Of a DNA stretch of 64,000 nt, positions 24,666 to 38,800 are shown one piece after another (positions within the stretch are counted from its first letter, which is position 1; the number at the start of each line of letters is the position of its first letter). The position numbers and the translations under genes are program-made. Origin of the DNA: Haliotis cracherodii (Eukaryota). The notes below the pieces were generated by a model. That model ran no database searches. It was not told where the DNA came from and saw only the letters and a program-made list of their open reading frames with translations. The stretch spans positions 28,148,001-28,212,000 of the forward strand of contig NW_027266275.1 in assembly GCF_022045235.1 (NCBI RefSeq). Reading direction: 5' to 3'.

Positions 24666-25200
24666 AATGTCCGCCGATCCTGAACTAACTGTCTTCCACC
24701 TGGACAGGGTCAGTATTCGGCTGCCGGACTCTTACCGTCCTAAGGTCACACACGCCTTCCACGTGACGGCTCCTATTCAGCTACCTGCTCTTTTCCTCGT
24801 CGGGGACCACTGCAAGACATGCTCATGTCTTGGATGTCCGCAGGACCCTCAAGGCCTATATCAGCAGAACAAGGGGTATCTGTAAGGATAACCAACTATT
24901 TTGCTGTTATGGCGGTAGGAAGGCTGGCTCACATGCGAGCAAACAAACAATCTCGAGGTGGATAGCGTCAACTATTTGTACTGCATACCCGCTTCAAGGC
25001 AGGGACCCCACTACCAGGTTGAAGGCTCATTCGGTTAGAGCAGTGGCTACGTAACAAGCGTACGCCACAGCTCTGCCCATTGAGGAGATCTGCTCTGCGG
25101 CTATTTGAGCACATCAAACATTACCAACTCGACAAGCACTCAAGCAAGCGTGCTCGGTTTGGTCAGTCAGTTCTCCAAACTGGGCAAAGTTTTACATCTC
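24666..25200 (+). pseudogene. DIRS tyrosine recombinase C-terminal remnant
   Basis: LDVRRTLKAY..LF..SKQTISRWI..KAHSVRAVA (H-x-x-R), followed by stops and a degraded HY motif. Confidence 0.88.
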
Positions 25201-26689
25201 TAGCCGATTGAGCCTTCGAGATTTTAGACCGCCCTCCGTTTATACTGCTCAGTAATGGTCCGTATTCTCTCTTCTGCGGTCGATAAATACCAGTCCTTAC
25301 TACTTGATAATACTCGTATTTGCTCACGCACTCCTTCGATCCACGGGGACCCTCTGGCCTAGCTCAGCTTGGGTTATTTTGTCTCGTGATCTACACCCCT
25401 ATATCACTTGTTTCGAGTTGTCGAATATGATAAGCCACGTCCTGTCTCTAGCCCCCGCTTTTGGACGGTGGTGTCTCATGATAAGGTTGATTCCATTTAT
25501 TGAACTTTTTTTATTCATTGAAATAATCAAAATATGATGTATTTATTTACACTTGTTGCTGACGGATGCCACTGCCTAGATTATCTTAAGGAGTCTATCT
25601 TGATGCAATAAGTGTCCCAAGGAGGATTTAATCTGAAAGAGAATTTTACAAACCTGTAGAGGTTATGAATTCTCTGATGAAATCCTCCTTGGGGCACGGC
25701 CACCCACCTCCCCACATTCCGTCAGCATTAGACATATGGAAAGTGATTTGGGTGAGAGTTGCTCCCCCTGGCGTAACGGCCGTGGAGGGTGAGGCCCCGT
25801 AAGGGTGGTCATATATCATACAAAAATGAAGTTTTTTTTGTGGTAACATTTTTATTAAGGAAAATGGTTACAACTAAGTCGTGTAGATTTTCTTGAGCAA
25901 GGAAAATGCCATAAGTGCTCCAAGGAGGATTTCATCAGAGAATTCATAACCTCTACAGGTTTGTAAAAATTAGCGCTATAACTGCCATGCCTGGTAAACT
26001 GTACTAGCTGGTGACCTGTTATTGCAAAGGACCAGTCATATTCCTAATTGACTTTTGTTATTAAGAATACATCAGAAAAGCACCTTGCTCAAATAAATAA
26101 TTAGAGAAGACGAGCGGGGATGTCATGTGAATAGGAAAAATGCAACAATAAGGCGATGCTCATTTGGTAGTCACTGCCTACATTCTGTCCATTATTTCTT
26201 CCCCAAAATAGAATTTAACAACTGAAGTGAGCACTTTTTTTCAAATATTCATGTCCTGAATATAAAGTCAAATCTGTTGTAAATTGTGTTATGGATAAGC
26301 ATGTGTAGGTTTGTTTTTTATTCTTTAGTTGCGTTCATTGGCAGACAACAAATTACACCTTCAAATAATGTGTTCCTTGTCATAGCCCTCATGTTTAAAG
26401 TTAAAAAGTTAGGAGATCCCTTGATTCAAAGACTGTATCCATGATAGCATCAAACCTGAAGGACCCACCATAATTTTGAACACTGAGTAAGACCTGCAAA
26501 AATTGTTTTAATGCACAATGGACCTCAGTCCTTCATGTTCATTATTTGGATACTTTTGAAGAAATATTTTGAGTACATTTGTTTCAAGTAATGATTACTT
26601 GATACACAACCGTCCCGGAAGAACAACTGTATTTAAACTGTGCTGTCTTTCAGTGTTTATGTTAATGTAATTTCTCCAGATGAAGTGCG

Positions 26690-26827
26690 ATGTCCAGAAG
26701 AAGTGTTAACGGGGATGACCTTGACCTGAGTCTGACAGGGTCTCAGATATCAAGTTCAGGGCGAAGACCTGGATCTGGGAGACAGTTAAAGAGACCCAAT
26801 TCCTTGGTGGATATCAGGACTGCAAAG
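26690..26827 (+). CDS. CEP131: CEP131 first coding exon (MSRRSVNGDDLDLSLTG...)
   Basis: Acceptor AG at 26678-26679, DLSLTG motif, AAG|GTATGT donor. Confidence 0.85.
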
Positions 26828-29800
26828 GTATGTACAATATATGTGAAAGAAAATGGCTGACTTGATTTATGCCATGGTCATTCATGTTACACCATATCAC
26901 AACAAATTGAGTCTGGCCCTTTATTATCTGAACATGCTTGAGTTTATTTCAAATCGTGTTCCTGCACATACCTACCATAAAACATAAATGCATAGCAAGC
27001 ACTCAGTGAATGTTGTACCTTAGTGCTAGACTTAAGTGTTTCCTATTTGGCCCTTTGTCATGTCTGGTCATGTTTTTTTTGTTACACTTGTTTAATTGGT
27101 TATAAAAATCGGCAAACCCATCTCTTTCTCCTCAGACACTTCTCATCCATGCAGTGAAAATTACCTGTCTTAATGTTGTCTTTTGCTTGTTGATTGATGA
27201 GATATTGTTTCAATGGGATGTCTACTTTCATTTTACGTATGGGGTCGACATTCACAATAATTTAGTGGTGTGATAACTTCAGGGTTTTTGTATAGGGCTA
27301 TTGTGACACTTTTCATGATCACATTCTGCAAAATCATGGGCTACTTGTCATAACCATAATGTTAAACGTTTGAAAATTTAACAGTTTCCTTCAAATACCA
27401 TATGAGCAAACTTCAAGGAACCAAGGACCCTGCTTAATTTCCAACATTCCCAACTGATGATGGATAATATGATGATATTGATAGTAAGATCGCATTACAA
27501 TATACAGTCAAACTTATGGTTGTCTTGAAGTATATGCTTGGTCCCTGCATTTTTCTTCATCATTTTTTGTTTGTGTCAAACTGAATAACTGAAAATATTT
27601 TCTCTTTCCCATCAGCTTTGACACAACAGTGTTTGACTATATATATAGTATGACTCTATGCTATCGTGGGCTCTAAATTATCATGGTATCATCACTAATC
27701 ATACAAGTGTTATACACTCTGTATGAACAAGGAGAGCTAAGTGGCAAAGGGACAATTTGGTGTATGGATATTGATTCAAATTTTATAAGAGAGACAATGC
27801 TATACATGTAAATATCGAATAAATTTTGTAAATATATTTAAATGTATAAGTAAATTGTAAAGGAGTGCTTCTGTTGATGACATTTCTAGAAATACTATTG
27901 TATGTATTTATTATCTTATTTAACATGTACTTGTGTGGTTACATGAATGTCTTTTATGAAAGGGTGTGGTCTGAGGAGGAGGAATGATGCAAGGGAGATA
28001 ACTCTCATTAAGGAAGTGAATGTGTGTTATGAAAGTGCATGAATCGTATCGGTGAAGTTTACAGTTGAAAGTATAGAATGTTAGTTTGATTGTGTTGTGT
28101 ATTGTCATAGTGGTTTAGGAATGATTGTGTGGCTGGTGTATCAGCCAACATGATTGATACACCAGATATTGCTCTACATGCCTGTAGTTAATCTTACCTT
28201 CACTGTCATCATGATCATTGCATCAGTTCCCTTTTTTTGGTAGTATATGATACAATGTGCAAAACCTCATCAAATCTTGTTATGCTAAGAACTGTTTCCA
28301 AAACATCAAAGGGAATGACAACAGAACAAAAAAACCAAACATATTTGATGAAATCTTTAAGTAAACGAGCAATAGTTAGAGTCCTCTTGTACCATCTTAA
28401 AGTATTACTTTTGCCGTCTTTTTAAAACCATCACATACCTTATATATACTGGTATCATTTTGTGTGGATACATGAGCTCACTATACAATTTATACTCATA
28501 TCGTGACATAATGCACGTATACTCCAGGGAGTTGTTACAGCTCTGATTTGTGTTCTCTGTTACAGACATCCAGCAGCAATGATGTGTTCCTCTCCGATAG
28601 GGACAAGAGGAAATCACCAAGAGGTAAAAAAACAGGAGACTCAGTGTCCACCCTCAATTAATTATGTGTTATATTGTATTGATATTTTGTGTATGATAGA
28701 CTTAGGTAGCTGTCACAGTGGTAGAAACTAACCCCACTAGTCCTAATAATGATAAGATATAGTAAAACCCTAAAAAATGGCAGCTTTCTACTGCTCCTTC
28801 TGATATCTTAACAATTGGGCAGATTGGCAAGGACTACAGGATGAGTGCCAATTTCTATATGCTGTTTCGTTGTATGTTATGTGTCAGACTTTGGAAGCTG
28901 TCATTGGTATGTTGTGTATATGACAGACTTTGGTAGCTGTCATTGTATGTTGTGTATATGACAGACTTTGGTAGCTGTCATTGTATGTTGTGTATGTGGC
29001 AGACGTAGGTAGCTGTATTTGGTATGTTGTGGATGACAGACTTTGGTAGCTGTCATTGGTATGTTGTGTATGTGGCAGACGTAGGTAGCTGTCATTGGTA
29101 TGCTGTGTATATGACAGACTTGGGTAGCTCTCATTGTATGTTATGGATGTGGCAGACTTGGGTAGCTGTATTTGGTATGTTGTGGATGACAGATGTAGGT
29201 AGCTGTCATTGGTATGTTGTGTATATGACAGACGTAGGTAGCTGTCATTGGTATGTTGTGGATGTGACAGACTTGGGCAGCTGTCATTGTATGTTGTGTA
29301 TATGACAGACTTTGGTAGCTGTCATTGTATGTTGTGTATGTGGCAGACTTGGATAGCTGACATTGGTATGTTGTGGATGTGGCAGACTTGGGTAGCTGTC
29401 ATTGGTATGTTGTGGATGACAGACTTGGGTAGCTCTCATTGTATGTTGTGTATGTTGCAGACTTGGGTAGCTGTCATTGGTATGTTGTGGATGTGGCAGA
29501 CTTGGGTAGCTGTCATTGTATGTTGTGGATGTGGCAGACTTGGATAGCTGACATTGGTATGTTGTGGATGTGGCAGACTTGGATAGCTGACATTGGTATG
29601 TTGTGGATGTGGCAGACGTAGGTAGCTGTGACTGGTATGTTGTGGATGTGGCAGACTTGGGTAGCTGACATTGGTATGTTGTGAATGACAGACTTGGGTA
29701 GCTGTCATTGGTATGTTGTGGATGTGGCAGACTTGGGTAGCTGTAATTGGTATGTACTTTCAGGACCACCAGCACCTGTCAGTGGGCGGGGCAGTGATGT

Positions 29801-32800
29801 CAGTGGAGCGGCCTCAAGCAGGATCTCAGGACGCAAGAAGGATTTGTCTGCTAAAGAGCCCAATGTGTGAGTCTCCAGTCTTTCACATGTTCATGAGTAA
29901 CATAGCGATGATGTGGTGTTTCACGACACAGGAAACTTGAGGCTTATTCCATATAGGGCCCAGTGTGTTAAACCAACCTGTTGTCTACCTTTGTCATATT
30001 TAGTGCTTATTTTGCTACAAGCACCGTAAGACCCTTCCCACCCTTATACTACATTGCATCAGCAGAACAGATAAATGAAATTCTTTGATATATAACAAAC
30101 TTTGTGCATATGGTACAGCATGTTAGTTGTCTTGTAAAATAATTACTCATGTAGGTTTAACTATACATGATGATTGAACATGGTTTGTCAGGTAAGTATA
30201 CCGTCACAAGTAGTCTATTGATTATTTGTGTCAGCTATTGAAATAACATGGATGACTTTTAAATTATTGGTGTGGGCTTGATTTGTCAGTTTATGCCTGA
30301 ACGCAGTAAAAATTTGCTTCTATGTGAAGGTATTTTTCTGATGAGGAAGGGTTACAGAACCAAGCATATTTCTTTCTAAAATGTAATCTGATTGTTGGGT
30401 TTATTGTATATTTTAGGAAGGATGATTTCCTTGCACTGTTTGAGTCCTCCCATCAGCCGAAGATCAAGAGGCCCGGCAGCACACCGTCCAAGGTCAAGAA
30501 GCCTGGGGCCAGCTCAGTCAAGACAGCATGGGAACAGCAGGTGAGAATACTGGGCTGTCCTGACATCTATTTCTGTGCCCTGTACTGGCATCATACATAC
30601 CTGGGTTATACCACAACCATCTTCTGCATCATCGGACAGCTCCTTATTGTCTCACTTATGTGCTGGTACATTTACACTCGTTCTAATGTAGCTGTGAACT
30701 AGAATACGGCCTGTGCCAAATATGTTTCAGTCTACTATCACAAACTTGCCTCTTGGCATGATTTTCAGCAGAGTTTTTTTGTGTTAATATGTGGACTATT
30801 ATTAGCTTAAGCTAACTGGTACAGACATAATTGTAGGCTTCAGAAAGACTTAGGATATGTCCTCATGACTGGTATTCACATAGCAATGTTGCAGTATATT
30901 TCTTTAGACCTAGTATTCACATAGCAATGTCGTAGGATATGTCTGTAGAACTGGTATTCACATAGCAGTGTCATAGGGTGTGTCTGTAGAACTCGTATTC
31001 ACATAGCAGTGTCATAGGGTATGTCCTTAGACCTGATTTGTTGTAGGATATGCCTTTAGACTGGCTACTCACATAGTGCTGTCCTAGTACATTTCCTTAG
31101 ACCTGGTATTCACATTGACAAGCATAGGGTTTCTGGGTACCTATTCTAACCCTGATTCCTCATGGTGGAAATGATTGGAAGTATATTGCATAAAATGTAA
31201 GTTTCTAAATCAAAAGTAACCATTAGTGCATCATGATTCAAGGTTGTGTTTTTGCCACAACATATTTCCTGTTTAGTGTGGTGAATGTTTCCAGCCCAGT
31301 AAGCCTGCTGTCCCGAGTGGTCGTACAGCCTCTGCCCGGTCGGAGGCAGCAGACACAGACAGGACTGAGCCACACAATATATTCCAGCCTGACACAGCAG
31401 ACAGTAGTTCTGATGACTTGGATCAAATAGAGGACACCCTTTCTCGCTCCCTCAATAGGCTGCAGAGTCTTCAAAATCAGTTGTCTGAGGCCAACAAGAA
31501 CAATTCATCCTCTACCGACGACCCAGAAGTCCTTAACAGTCAACGTTCCAACAGATCCACCTCGAGGAAAAACATGAATAGTATTGTTAATAATATGACC
31601 GCCCAAGGGCATTCTACAAAAACAAGACCCTCTTTGTCTTCAATGGAAAACTCTTATCAGAATATCAAACCGAAAGCTCCAGTGAATCAAGTTCGTAAAG
31701 CTGCATCTAATCAAGTCGGGATGAATGTAGCTGAAGATTATATTCAAACATTGAATACTGCTGCTTTAAAGATACAGCGGTGGTTTCGTCGCCATTACAA
31801 ACGGAAGATGGTGAGCGAGGCTGCGATGAGACGATTGTTTGACCAGAAACGACAGGAGCATGCTGAACTGAGACAGCAGGAGCTTGCCATGTCTACACAA
31901 GAATCGGACGAGCAGCGTGCTGATGAGAGAAAGAAGCAGCGAGAGGAAAAAGCCCGGCAAGCCCGGCTACAAGCCATTCAGGTACTTATGACCAAATTTG
32001 TAAACAGTGTGTTCAGGGAGTCTCAGTTGAAGTATATGAAGCTTGAGTAGCAATCTTGACAAGATTTTCAAGAAAAGGAATTGAATCTTATGGTTCCATG
32101 TCAACACTGATTATGACATTGTTTGCTTCTCTTTTGAAAGTTGGTGCCCTGGAATCCTGAATTGTTCCTAATTCTGTTGGGGGCATAGGTTGCTAAGTGA
32201 TCTAGGGCACCAAAACTTCAGGCGTTTCTTCCACTTTTAGCTGACACTGTGACATAAGTCTATTCTTGCAATGTACTGTTTACTAAAATTCAAATAATGT
32301 AGGGTTTCACCGAAGTGGTAAACGTCTGAGACCTGCATCACTTCGGGCTTTCCTCCCACATTAAGCTGACACGCCGTGATATAACTGGAATAATGTTAAA
32401 AGCGGCGTTAAACCCAACTCACTCACTCACTCAAATAATGTAACAGCTTATAGGCCTGGCATATCACTCTACATTCATTTCCAACTGTCATGTCCATGTC
32501 AGTTTCATATGTTCCATTGTCACTGACTGTCATTACACACCTGGTGGCACAGATGGCACAGGTGACCCATTTGTCTAACCTGCTGCAGTTTGCTGTATCA
32601 AATTATGAACCTTGATCGTGGGTTTGAGTCCTGATCTGCCCTGATTATGTTTCTAGGTTTGTCAGCACCATACCCAAGATTGTTGGTTGCATCACTTAAG
32701 GCTTTACTCCCACATCATTAAGAGCACTGCAATATAGCTGAGATACCTTTCAAAGCAGCACTAAGCCCTCTCACACTTTCTGTTTCTGACATAGGAGCTG

Positions 32801-35800
32801 CAGAAGAAGCGATCTGAGAAGAGAGAGGAAGTGAAGAAGAAGGCAGAGGAAGAGGTGGCCTACCTGCAGGCAAGTGGTAAGATCACAAAGAGTCCCTCCA
32901 GGTCATCTTTAGCCAAGAAAAAGGGGGGTTCCAGAAATGGGTCCAAGAGGGGGGCTTCTAGTCCCAGAGAGGGTCAGGACAATGCTTCACAATCCACACC
33001 CAGAGATGGGGGGCAGAATGGCAGCGCTGCACCTGGCACCGTGGAGGACATGTTCCAGGTAAGAACACGGCAATCGGGAGTTAAAGTTGCTTTAGTGCTT
33101 TATGTGACAGCTGACTTCATGTGCCAAGTACTTTCTGAAACGAGTAAAAAAGATACTTAGATTGAATGTGGTTGTGATCCTTTGAGTGCTCAGAGTGGAA
33201 TTGTTTTCAACATAACCTTAACTACACCTTTAGCCAACCTGTAACAAACAGTATGCACAGATCATATTTGGATGGTTTTCACATTACCTTAATCTATAGA
33301 TTCACACATGTGTTCGAATCCCAGTTCGCCTCAATTATATTGTGTCATCAGCACCATGCCCATGCTCATTGGATTCACCAAAATCATGTCAAGCTTTCCT
33401 GAGGCTTTCCATCAGTCTTACATGCCGTGATATCACTGGAAAACTATTGAAAGCGCTGTTAAACCCAACTAACTCACACACTCACATGGGCGGTCGGGTA
33501 GCCTAGTGGTTAAAGCGCTGCTCGTCACGCCCAAGACCCTGGTTCGATTCCCGACATGGGTACAATGTGTGAAGCCCATTTCTGGTGTCCTCCGCCGTGA
33601 TATTGCTGGAATATTGCTAAAAGCGGCGTAAAACCATACTCACTCACTCCCACACTCACATAGATTCACAATAGTTGTAATGCTAGGACAGCTTTATGCA
33701 AGTAGGCCTTTGGAATGCATAGAAGAAAAAATATGGGTCCACTGATCTGCAGTTGTAAAATATCTGCTCTATGAATCTTTTGTTGGAATGACCTCACATA
33801 AAATCAATAGTGGTGTCATGAACAATGGATGACATCGTCGTCATTTATTTGTGACAGTGTGTTCATATGACATCAGATTGCTATGGAACTCTTTGCAGAC
33901 AATTGAACAATTAACCAATCAGCTTTGAGCTAAAATTATGATGCTCAGTAAGAATTATGTATGTACCACTATTTTGTGAGACATGCAAGAACAATTACAC
34001 TTTTTCTAGTCATAATGTGGCTGAAATATTGTTTCTTTCAGTCAGTAAATGTAAGTACTGTATAAATCATGTCCTCAGATGCCGTCATCACATCGCGAGG
34101 AGGCGGAGGGTGCAGGTGCCGAACCCTCTCCTCGTCTGCCTAGTCCCAGTCAGGCTGCTACAAGGTCCACGCTCAATGACCTGTTTGACACACTCAAGAA
34201 ACTTGAGGAAGAGGAGAACTTTGTTACTCCTCGAGCAGAGAAAAGAACATCATGGTGTAAGTGGACAAGCATGATTACTTGTAATGAGCTTGTCTTCGGT
34301 CATCCACATATTCACTGGCTAAAACTAAATGTGATTTACGTGGCAGGGTTCCGATTAGTTTTGTCTCATTGAACTTTTATGAATCTGGACCATGATATAT
34401 TGTTATGTGGATAAGGAAATCAAGTATGAAAATCCGGTATATATGGCAATTTGCAGAAACTGGTTTGTTTTTTTAATGTTTGAAGTTATACACTTGTATA
34501 TTGGATGATACTGGTTGTTTTCTGGTTAAAAAATTTCCTAAAAACATTATGGAATAAAAACAAGAACTCCCTGAAGTGATTGTTTGACTATTTTACATTG
34601 TTTTGAGATCATGTATTGTCTGAATATGTCCAGTATTTGTTCTTATTGGATTAAGTATGTGTTGTGTTTTGAACAGTGACAGAATTGGAAAAGAGGAAAG
34701 AAAAGGAAGACTGCATTGAATCTAATCTGACCGCAGAGAACTTGGAGAAACTCAATTCAAAACATGGCCTGAAACAAAGTGGTTTCCTGACTGATGGAAA
34801 GCTGAAGAGTATTATGACGTTTTTGGATGAGGTGCAAGTCAGTGATCGTCTTAGTGAGATTGACACTGTAAGTCTCTCAGATACGTCTCATTTCAATATG
34901 CCATATTTGGCAATTCCTGCTACTAAGTTGGTTAAGTCTCCAACATCATCACTATTAACTGATTTCACATTAGATCACATGTCAAGCCGAAGAAGTTAAC
35001 TTGCTAACAAAGAATACACTATTCAATCATTCTAATCAAGCATCAAGAGCATCTTGAATTAATTGAGTGATTACTTAAGCTAGGGGTCGTCACTTGAATT
35101 AATTTGTTGACACAGTGATTTACAGCATGTGAAGTCTGGTCAGTCAGTCAGTCAGTGTTGAGTGAGGGTGAGGGATGTTGGGACTGTACTGCATTGTTGT
35201 GTGGCAGGAGATCAACAAGATGAATGAGGAGCTGGAGAAGCCAGCGCTGTTGGTGCCATCGGGGGAGGAGTTGGCCCAGCTGGAGCAGGCCCAGGCTGTG
35301 GCCAGTGAGGTGACTAGCACAGTCCTGTCACAGCGCCTCGAGCTGGATGAGAAACGCAGAACTGTTACTATGCTACAGAAAGCCCTGGTACGCCATGTGG
35401 TGGACATTTCAATAGACCTTGTTATTTATTCTAAAGAATGGAATAATTCCTATAATTTCAGTTTAGCTTTTTAATATAAGTTTGTCCAAATGTTCATTAA
35501 CATTAACTTTCTTTGGTTACAAGTTACATAGATGCCACTGACTGACTGGTGTAGACAGCAGTGTTAGATGCCACTGACTGACTGGTGTAGACAGCAGTGT
35601 AAGATACCACTGACTGCCTGGTGTAGACAGCAGTGTAAGATACCACTGACTGCCTGGTGTTGACATCAGTGTAAGATACCACTGACTGACCTGTGTAGAC
35701 ATCAGTGTTAGATACCACTGACTGACTGGTGTAGACATTAGTGTTAGATACCACTGACTGACTTGTGTTGACATCAGTGTTAGATACCACTGAGACATCA

Positions 35801-38800
35801 GTGTTAGATACCACTGACTGACCTGTGTAGACAGCAGTGTAAGATACCACTGACTGACTGGTGTAGACATCAGTGTTAGATACCACTGACTGACCTGTGT
35901 AGACAGCAGTGTAAGATACCACTGACTGACCTGTGTTGACAGCAGTGTTAGATACCACTGACTGACCTGTGTAGACAGCAGTGTAAGATACCACTGATTG
36001 ACCTGTGTAGACAGCAGTGTAAGATACCACTGACTGCCTGGTGTAGACATCAGTGTAAGATACCACTGACTGCCTGGTGTTGACATCAGTGTAAGATACC
36101 ACTGACTGCCTGGTGTTGACAGCAGTGTAAGATACCACTGACTGCCTGGTGTTGACATCAGTGTAAGATACCACTGAATGACCTGTGTTGACAGCAGTGT
36201 TAGATCCTACTTATGTTGACAGAACCAGCAGAGGGAGCTGACAGTGCGGCATGCCAGGGAGACTGAGAAGGAGATGAAGAAGAGGCTGGACCACCAGAAG
36301 GAAGAGTACGAGGAAACCGTCAAGAGACACCTTGGCTTCATTGATCAGGTACTTTTCTACTCACATACTGCCCTTTGTTTACTAATGTATCTTCACCATC
36401 TTTGAACAGTGTGCATTCTGCAGAGAAGGCTACACTTGTTCTCGTTGGATACCATTTCTGTGGTATGTAGTTGAGTAAAAGCATGACACTTTTCATTTTT
36501 ACACTGTTGAGAATCAGCCATTGAGTTTTCCTTGTTATGATGAGTGACCTTGTTAGTATGTTTTGGTAAGACATCGCTGTACAATGATCAAGTTATTTTC
36601 AGGTGTCACTTCAAGTGTTGGGTCAAGTCATGGAGTTTCTGTGTCTGTATATGTATGGACATCTTTGTTGGGTCATGTTGGGGTTTCTGTGTCTGTATGT
36701 GTTTCGACACCTGTGTTGGGTCATGTCGGGGGGTTTCTGTGTCTGTATGTGTTAAGACACCTTTGTTGGGTCATGTCGGGGTTTCTGTGTTGTGTCTGTA
36801 TGTGTTCTGACACCTTGGTTGGGTCATGTCAGGGGGTTTCTGTGTCTGTATGTGTTGGTACACCTGTGTTGGGTCATGTCAGGGTTTCTGTGTCTGTATG
36901 TGTTCTCACACCTTGGTTGGGTCATGTCAGGGGGTTTCTGTGTCTGTATGTGTTTGGACACTTGTGTTGGGTCATGTCAGGGTTTCTGTGTCTGTATGTA
37001 TTTGGACACCTGTGTTGGGTCATGTCAGGGGGTTTCTGTGTCTGTATGTGTTTGGACACCTGTGTTGGGTCATGTCAGGGGGTTTCTGTGTCTGTATGTG
37101 TTCTGACACCTTGGTTGGGTCATGTTGGGGTTTCTGTAATGTGTCTGTATGTGTTCTGACACCTTGGTTGGGTCATGTCAGGGGGTTTCTGTGTCTGTAT
37201 GTGTTCTGACACCTTGGTTGGGTCAGGTCAGGGGGTTTCTGTGTCAGTATGTGTTAGTACACCTGTGTTGGGTCATGTCAGGGGGTTTCTGTGTCTATAT
37301 GTGTTCTGACACCTTGGTTGGGTCATGTCAGGGGGTTTCTGTGTCTGTATGTGTTTGGACACATGTGTTGGGTCATGTCGGGGTACTGTGTCTGTATGTG
37401 TTTGTACACCTGTGTTGGGTAATGTCGGGGTTTCTGTGTCTGTATGTGTTCTGACACCTTGGTTGGGTCATGTCAGGGTTTCTGTGTGTATGTGTTCTGA
37501 CACCTTTGTTGGGTCATGTCAGGGGGTTTCTGTGTCTGTATGTGTTCTGACACCTTGGTTGGGTCAGGTCAGGGGGTTTCTGTGTCAGTATGTGTTAGTA
37601 CACCTGTGTTGGGTCATGTTGGGGTTTCTGTGTCTGTATGTGTTCTGACACCTTGGTTGGGTCATGTCAGGGTTTCTGTGTCTGTATGTGTTCTGACACT
37701 TTGGTTGGGCCAATTTGGGGTTTCTGTGTCTGTATGTGACCTGGTAGTATCATCTTGTGTTGCAGCTGATTGATGACAAGAAGACACTCAGTGAGAGATG
37801 TGAACAAGTGGTGAAGGAACTGAAAGTCATTGACAAGAAATACCAGGATAAGATAAAGTCCATGGATGACAGGTTGGTCATGTTTTTTGCATGGAGTCTT
37901 TCATCATGCAGGGTTTTTCAGGAAATTGACTGATTGTTATCCAGTGCCCTGAAGATTTTGATTTGAAGTGTTTTTGATTTTGCTGATGGTATAGAAGAAG
38001 GTGTTGCACATCCTCTAGTCTGTTATGTTCTATGTGCAGCCACAGTCGCAAGTAAGCAACATCCTCTTTAATCAGGTATGTTGTATGTGCAGCCATGGCC
38101 GTGAGATGCAGAAGCTGAAGGACATCCATGCTGCTGCTGAGAAGTTAAGGAGAGAGAAGTGGATTGAGGAGAAGACCAAGAAGATCAAGGTACAGCTAGA
38201 TATACAACTCTGTTAAGTGTTGTGGTAGCTACTCGGCAATCAACCCTGTGAGTGAGTTGGAATTTACACCGTTTTTAGCAATATTCCAGCAATGTCACAG
38301 CGGGGGACACCAGCAATGGCTTCACACATTGTACCAATGTGAATATACCCTGTGAAGTTTCCATTCAAAATATTAACCTTTCAAATGCTTGTAATCAATC
38401 ATCTTCCCGAGGCAAGAGAGAAAACTGACTATAAAAGTCCAGTTTCCACCCTTGCTAAACTAGGCTGTTATTATGGAGTTACATTTTGGCTGGACTAATG
38501 AGTCTATGCATAGTCCAGTCCAAATCGCGCACCGAAATCAAAATCCAGTTAGTAAACTGTCATGCAGATTTCGGTCGATTGCATGATTTGCAAAGCATGT
38601 GTACCGTCAACTTGTTGTCAACAGATATTTTCCAAGTCTTTCCATGTTTTTGATCAAGGCGCTCAAGTGATTTGAACCACTTTGCAATGTAAGACCCGTT
38701 TTATTACAATATAGATCTTGATTATTGATCAGATCGTCTTGACTGCGCGCCACCATTTTGTTTGAAACAAATGCAAGTGAAACGAGAGGTGGAATCTGAT

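Larger units (their letters stand above)
21486..25971 (+). mobile_element. DIRS1-type tyrosine-recombinase retrotransposon, internally deleted and decayed
   Basis: Left ITR about 21486-21703; right ITR about 25731-25932 plus extension to 25971; ICR 25603-25697 is complementary to both outer ends; ATT at both junctions; gag, RT, RNase H, MT and YR remnants in order. Confidence 0.95.

Noticed and set aside
33488-33565. tRNA gene
   Set aside because: It has A and B boxes but no full cloverleaf, and continues into a repeated body and tail with a TSD, so it is a SINE head.
35517-36174. Long ORFs of 213 and 216 aa with 12-aa repeats, and similar ORFs at 29.0-29.8, 36.5-37.8, 49.4-51.3 and 58.8-60.1 kb
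   Set aside because: They are translations of minisatellite arrays, mostly intronic, with no independent coding evidence.
38040-38051. 12-nt microexon (GTGCAG|CCACAGTCGCAA|GTAAGC)
   Set aside because: The downstream intron would be only 41 nt, and skipping to the next exon breaks the frame. It looks like a partial duplication of the acceptor at 38092.
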